From the NCBI GenBank assembly GCA_963812265.1, contig CAWEUL010000005.1:55915-119914 (forward strand): a stretch of DNA of 64,000 nt. The letters are read 5' to 3'. Numbering within the stretch: the first letter of the stretch is position 1; every line of letters begins with the position of its first letter. This stretch comes from an uncultured Actinomycetota bacterium. GTDB lineage: Bacteria > Actinomycetota > Actinomycetes > Propionibacteriales > Nocardioidaceae. Made by a program: the position numbers and the translations under genes. Positions 63,848 through 64,000 of the stretch are shown piece by piece. The notes below the pieces were generated by a model. The model had not been told where the DNA came from. It made no database searches and saw only the letters and a program-made list of their open reading frames with translations.

Positions 63848-64000
63848 CACAGGATCGCCCGGATCGTCGTGCCTCGACCGGCTGGGCTCGAGACCCTGAG
63901 TCGACCACCGACGGAGAGAACCCGGTCCCGGAGTGCTGTCATCGGCTCGTTCGCGTCGACACCACCGATGCCGTCGTCGGCCACCTCGACCGCAAGCCGA
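63847..64000 (-). CDS. Sensor histidine kinase C-terminus (partial, runs off window)
   Basis: Manual translation RLAVEVADDGIGG...LRDRVLSVGGRLRVSSPAGRGTTIRAIL-stop, overlapping the regulator start. Confidence 0.8.
   Translation of the reverse strand, partial: RLAVEVADDGIGGVDANEPMTALRDRVLSVGGRLRVSSPAGRGTTIRAIL

Noticed and set aside
1-64000. CRISPR array, tRNA, rRNA
   Set aside because: No regularly spaced direct repeats and no tRNA or rRNA signatures seen by eye; tRNAscan-SE/minced were not run.

Overview
High-GC (about 70%) actinobacterial chromosomal segment; gene content and style suggest a Nocardioides-like organism (inference). Three zones. (1) 1-15.6 kb is a decaying accessory zone: remnants of a tyrosine integrase, IS481 and IS110, several frameshifted genes (NUDIX, matrixin, pRiA4b ORF-3, DUF1345-like, amidohydrolase), intact fasciclin, M14 carboxypeptidase and TM0106 nuclease genes, and an orphan ORF. 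(2) After a PadR/DUF1048/ABC module and an MDR oxidoreductase comes the most interesting part, about 19.1-35.4 kb. A legumain/caspase-like (clan CD) protease and a stand-alone paralogue of its own N-terminal domain are transcribed divergently from two adjacent giant hypothetical genes (1252 and 1527 aa). These face a tightly coupled five-gene operon: a 29-residue helical-repeat protein ending in an HExxH metallopeptidase, a gingipain(C25)-like protease, an ACP, a ketosynthase and a non-catalytic KS partner. A signal-less V8-like serine protease lies 3 kb further on. None of these has a recognisable signal peptide, and I cannot match the arrangement to a system I know. (3) 35.6-64 kb is mostly metabolic: gluconokinase, cupins, WS/DGAT, carboxyethyl-ornithine synthase, divergent GH6, SulP, ClC, a DszB-like desulfinase with rhodanese, GH15/GH63/debranching enzymes, CoA-disulfide reductase, zwf and a two-component pair. 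No rRNA, tRNA or CRISPR array was seen. All family calls come from motif recognition by eye, not from database searches.
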